Assembly (NCBI RefSeq): GCF_000011805.1
Contig: NC_006840.2
Direction: 5' to 3' (one strand)
DNA: 32,000 bases
Source: Aliivibrio fischeri ES114
GTDB taxonomy: Bacteria; Pseudomonadota; Gammaproteobacteria; Enterobacterales; Vibrionaceae
Part shown: positions 24,854 through 32,000 of the stretch, piece by piece
Numbering within the stretch: position 1 is the stretch's first letter
How the letters are laid out: every line of letters begins with the position of its first letter
Made by a program: the position numbers and the translations under genes
The notes under the pieces: model-generated
Database searches by the model: none
Told to the model about the DNA's origin: nothing
What the model saw: only the letters and a program-made list of their open reading frames with translations

Positions 24854-27745
<2,892 letters not shown>

Positions 27746-27946
27746 ATACAACCCCAAGAGGTTTCGTATGGCATAAACAACCAAGGTTGAACTCGTCATT
27801 GCGAGTTCTGGTTTTTCGCCGGATTCAAAATACAAGAACACTTGAATGTGTTGTTCTTCGTTTTACAAAGTAAAACAAAGGATATTAAGAACTTTTAAAT
27901 TTTGATTTAGATAACTCGTAAGTTATTTAAATCAGTCAGCTTTCCA

Positions 27947-27962
27947 AATTGTTAAAGAGCAA
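27947..27962 (-). promoter_or_regulatory. boxA-like element upstream of 23S, operon 2
   Basis: Repeat of 22274-22289. Confidence 0.75.
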
Positions 27963-28012
27963 TGTTTCTTTCGAAACCATTTTTAAAAACTCTCAAGGAG
28001 AATACTTAAAGA

Positions 28013-28088
28013 TGGTGGGCGATACCGGGCTCGAACCAGTGACCCCCTCCTTGTAAGGGAGGTGCTCTCCCAACTGAGCTAATCGCCC
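28013..28088 (-). tRNA. tRNA-Val(TAC), spacer of operon 2
   Basis: Same sequence as 22340-22415. Confidence 0.97.
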
Positions 28089-28119
28089 ACGAAAGTTTTA
28101 ATTCCTTCGTGAGAAAGAA

Positions 28120-28195
28120 TGGTGGGTCGTGCAGGATTCGAACCTGCGACCAATTGATTAAAAGTCAACTGCTCTACCAACTGAGCTAACGACCC
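28120..28195 (-). tRNA. tRNA-Lys(TTT), spacer of operon 2
   Basis: Same sequence as 22447-22522. Confidence 0.97.
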
Positions 28196-28197
28196 AA

Positions 28198-28273
28198 TGG
28201 TATCCCGTAGGGGAGTCGAACCCCTGTTACCGCCGTGAAAGGGCGGTGTCCTAGGCCTCTAGACGAACGGGAC
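28198..28273 (-). tRNA. tRNA-Glu(TTC), spacer of operon 2
   Basis: Same sequence as 22525-22600. Confidence 0.97.
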
Positions 28274-28368
28274 ACTGGATATTTGAAGATGTTGGGCATC
28301 TTCATTGCTTCTTTACGTTTTTAACCTAATCAATCTGTGTGAACACTCATAAATCGTAATCTATCGTT

Positions 28369-29921
<1,553 letters not shown>

Positions 29922-30163
29922 AAGTTTTTTTGGTTGCTCTGTCTTTTCTATAAAGAGAAGCAGAAACAAACCGACTCAATGATTAATACTGATTGTTACA
30001 TAAAAGTAATTTTGTGTAGTCACTCAGTTCATTGATTAGTTATTTGCTTTCGCAAATAGTGATTATCAATTCACAAGTGCCCACACAGATTGATTTGGTT
30101 AAATTGTTAAAGAGCTTGTCTTTCAACCACTTAGCGTTTCCGCTTCGTCGTTTCAGGCTGCGT

Positions 30164-30191
30164 ATAATACGCTGTCTGATTTGAAAGTCAA
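30164..30191 (-). promoter_or_regulatory. rrn P1-type promoter, operon 2
   Basis: Repeat of 24491-24518 (TTGACT - 16 nt - TATTAT). Confidence 0.85.
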
Positions 30192-30278
30192 GATAATATT
30201 TTCAACTTTTTCAATTATTTTTGAATCGTTAAAAACGTTATGTTGACTTGGCTCACAGTGACAGTCTGGGAGCGAAAT

Positions 30279-30304
30279 AAAAGCCCGTTCAACTGAACGG
30301 GCTC
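30279..30304 (-). terminator. intrinsic terminator after 5S of operon 3
   Basis: Repeat of 24606-24631. Confidence 0.85.
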
Positions 30305-30317
30305 TCATTCAAATTCA

Positions 30318-30436
30318 AGCCTGGCGATGTCCTACTCTCACATGGGGAAACCCCACACTACCATCGGCGCTATTACGTTTCACTTCTGAGTTCGGCATGG
30401 GATCAGGTGGGTCCATAACGCTATGGTCGCCAAGCA
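30318..30436 (-). rRNA. rrf: 5S rRNA, rRNA operon 3
   Basis: Same sequence as 18974-19092. Confidence 0.96.
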
Positions 30437-30525
30437 AATTCTTTAATTCGGAAAGCTTAATTCTTAATGCACATTCAATTCGTTTCTTGCAACTTCAAAT
30501 CCGTTCAAAACCCCTTGGGTGTTGT

Positions 30526-32000
<1,475 letters not shown>

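Overview
This looks like an ordinary Vibrionaceae (Aliivibrio/Vibrio-like, inferred) chromosomal segment. From left to right it contains: a partial BCCT betaine/choline-type transporter; a four-gene dipeptide/oligopeptide-type ABC transporter operon (minus strand); a tRNA Arg-His-Pro-His-Pro cluster; a cytochrome c5-like gene; rep helicase; a TetR regulator with an RND efflux pair; ubiK; divergent ilvC/ilvY; and, from about 18.7 kb to the end, at least three head-to-tail minus-strand rRNA operons. The most distal complete rRNA operon carries an extra tRNA-Thr(GGT)-5S tail. The rRNA operons are near-identical with a period of about 5.67 kb, and their 16S-23S spacers carry tRNA-Glu, tRNA-Lys and tRNA-Val. 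I found no convincing previously undescribed system. The most useful observations are copy-specific differences among the tandem rRNA operons: a single-nucleotide insertion in the peptidyl-transferase-centre region of one 23S copy, covarying base-pair changes in 23S and 5S copies, and an intrinsic-terminator-like hairpin before the tRNA-Thr-5S tail. There is also a 266-bp tRNA His-Pro tandem duplication, a perfect 22-bp palindrome before the tetR gene, and an intra-operon hairpin in the ABC transporter operon. All coordinates and comparisons were made by eye.
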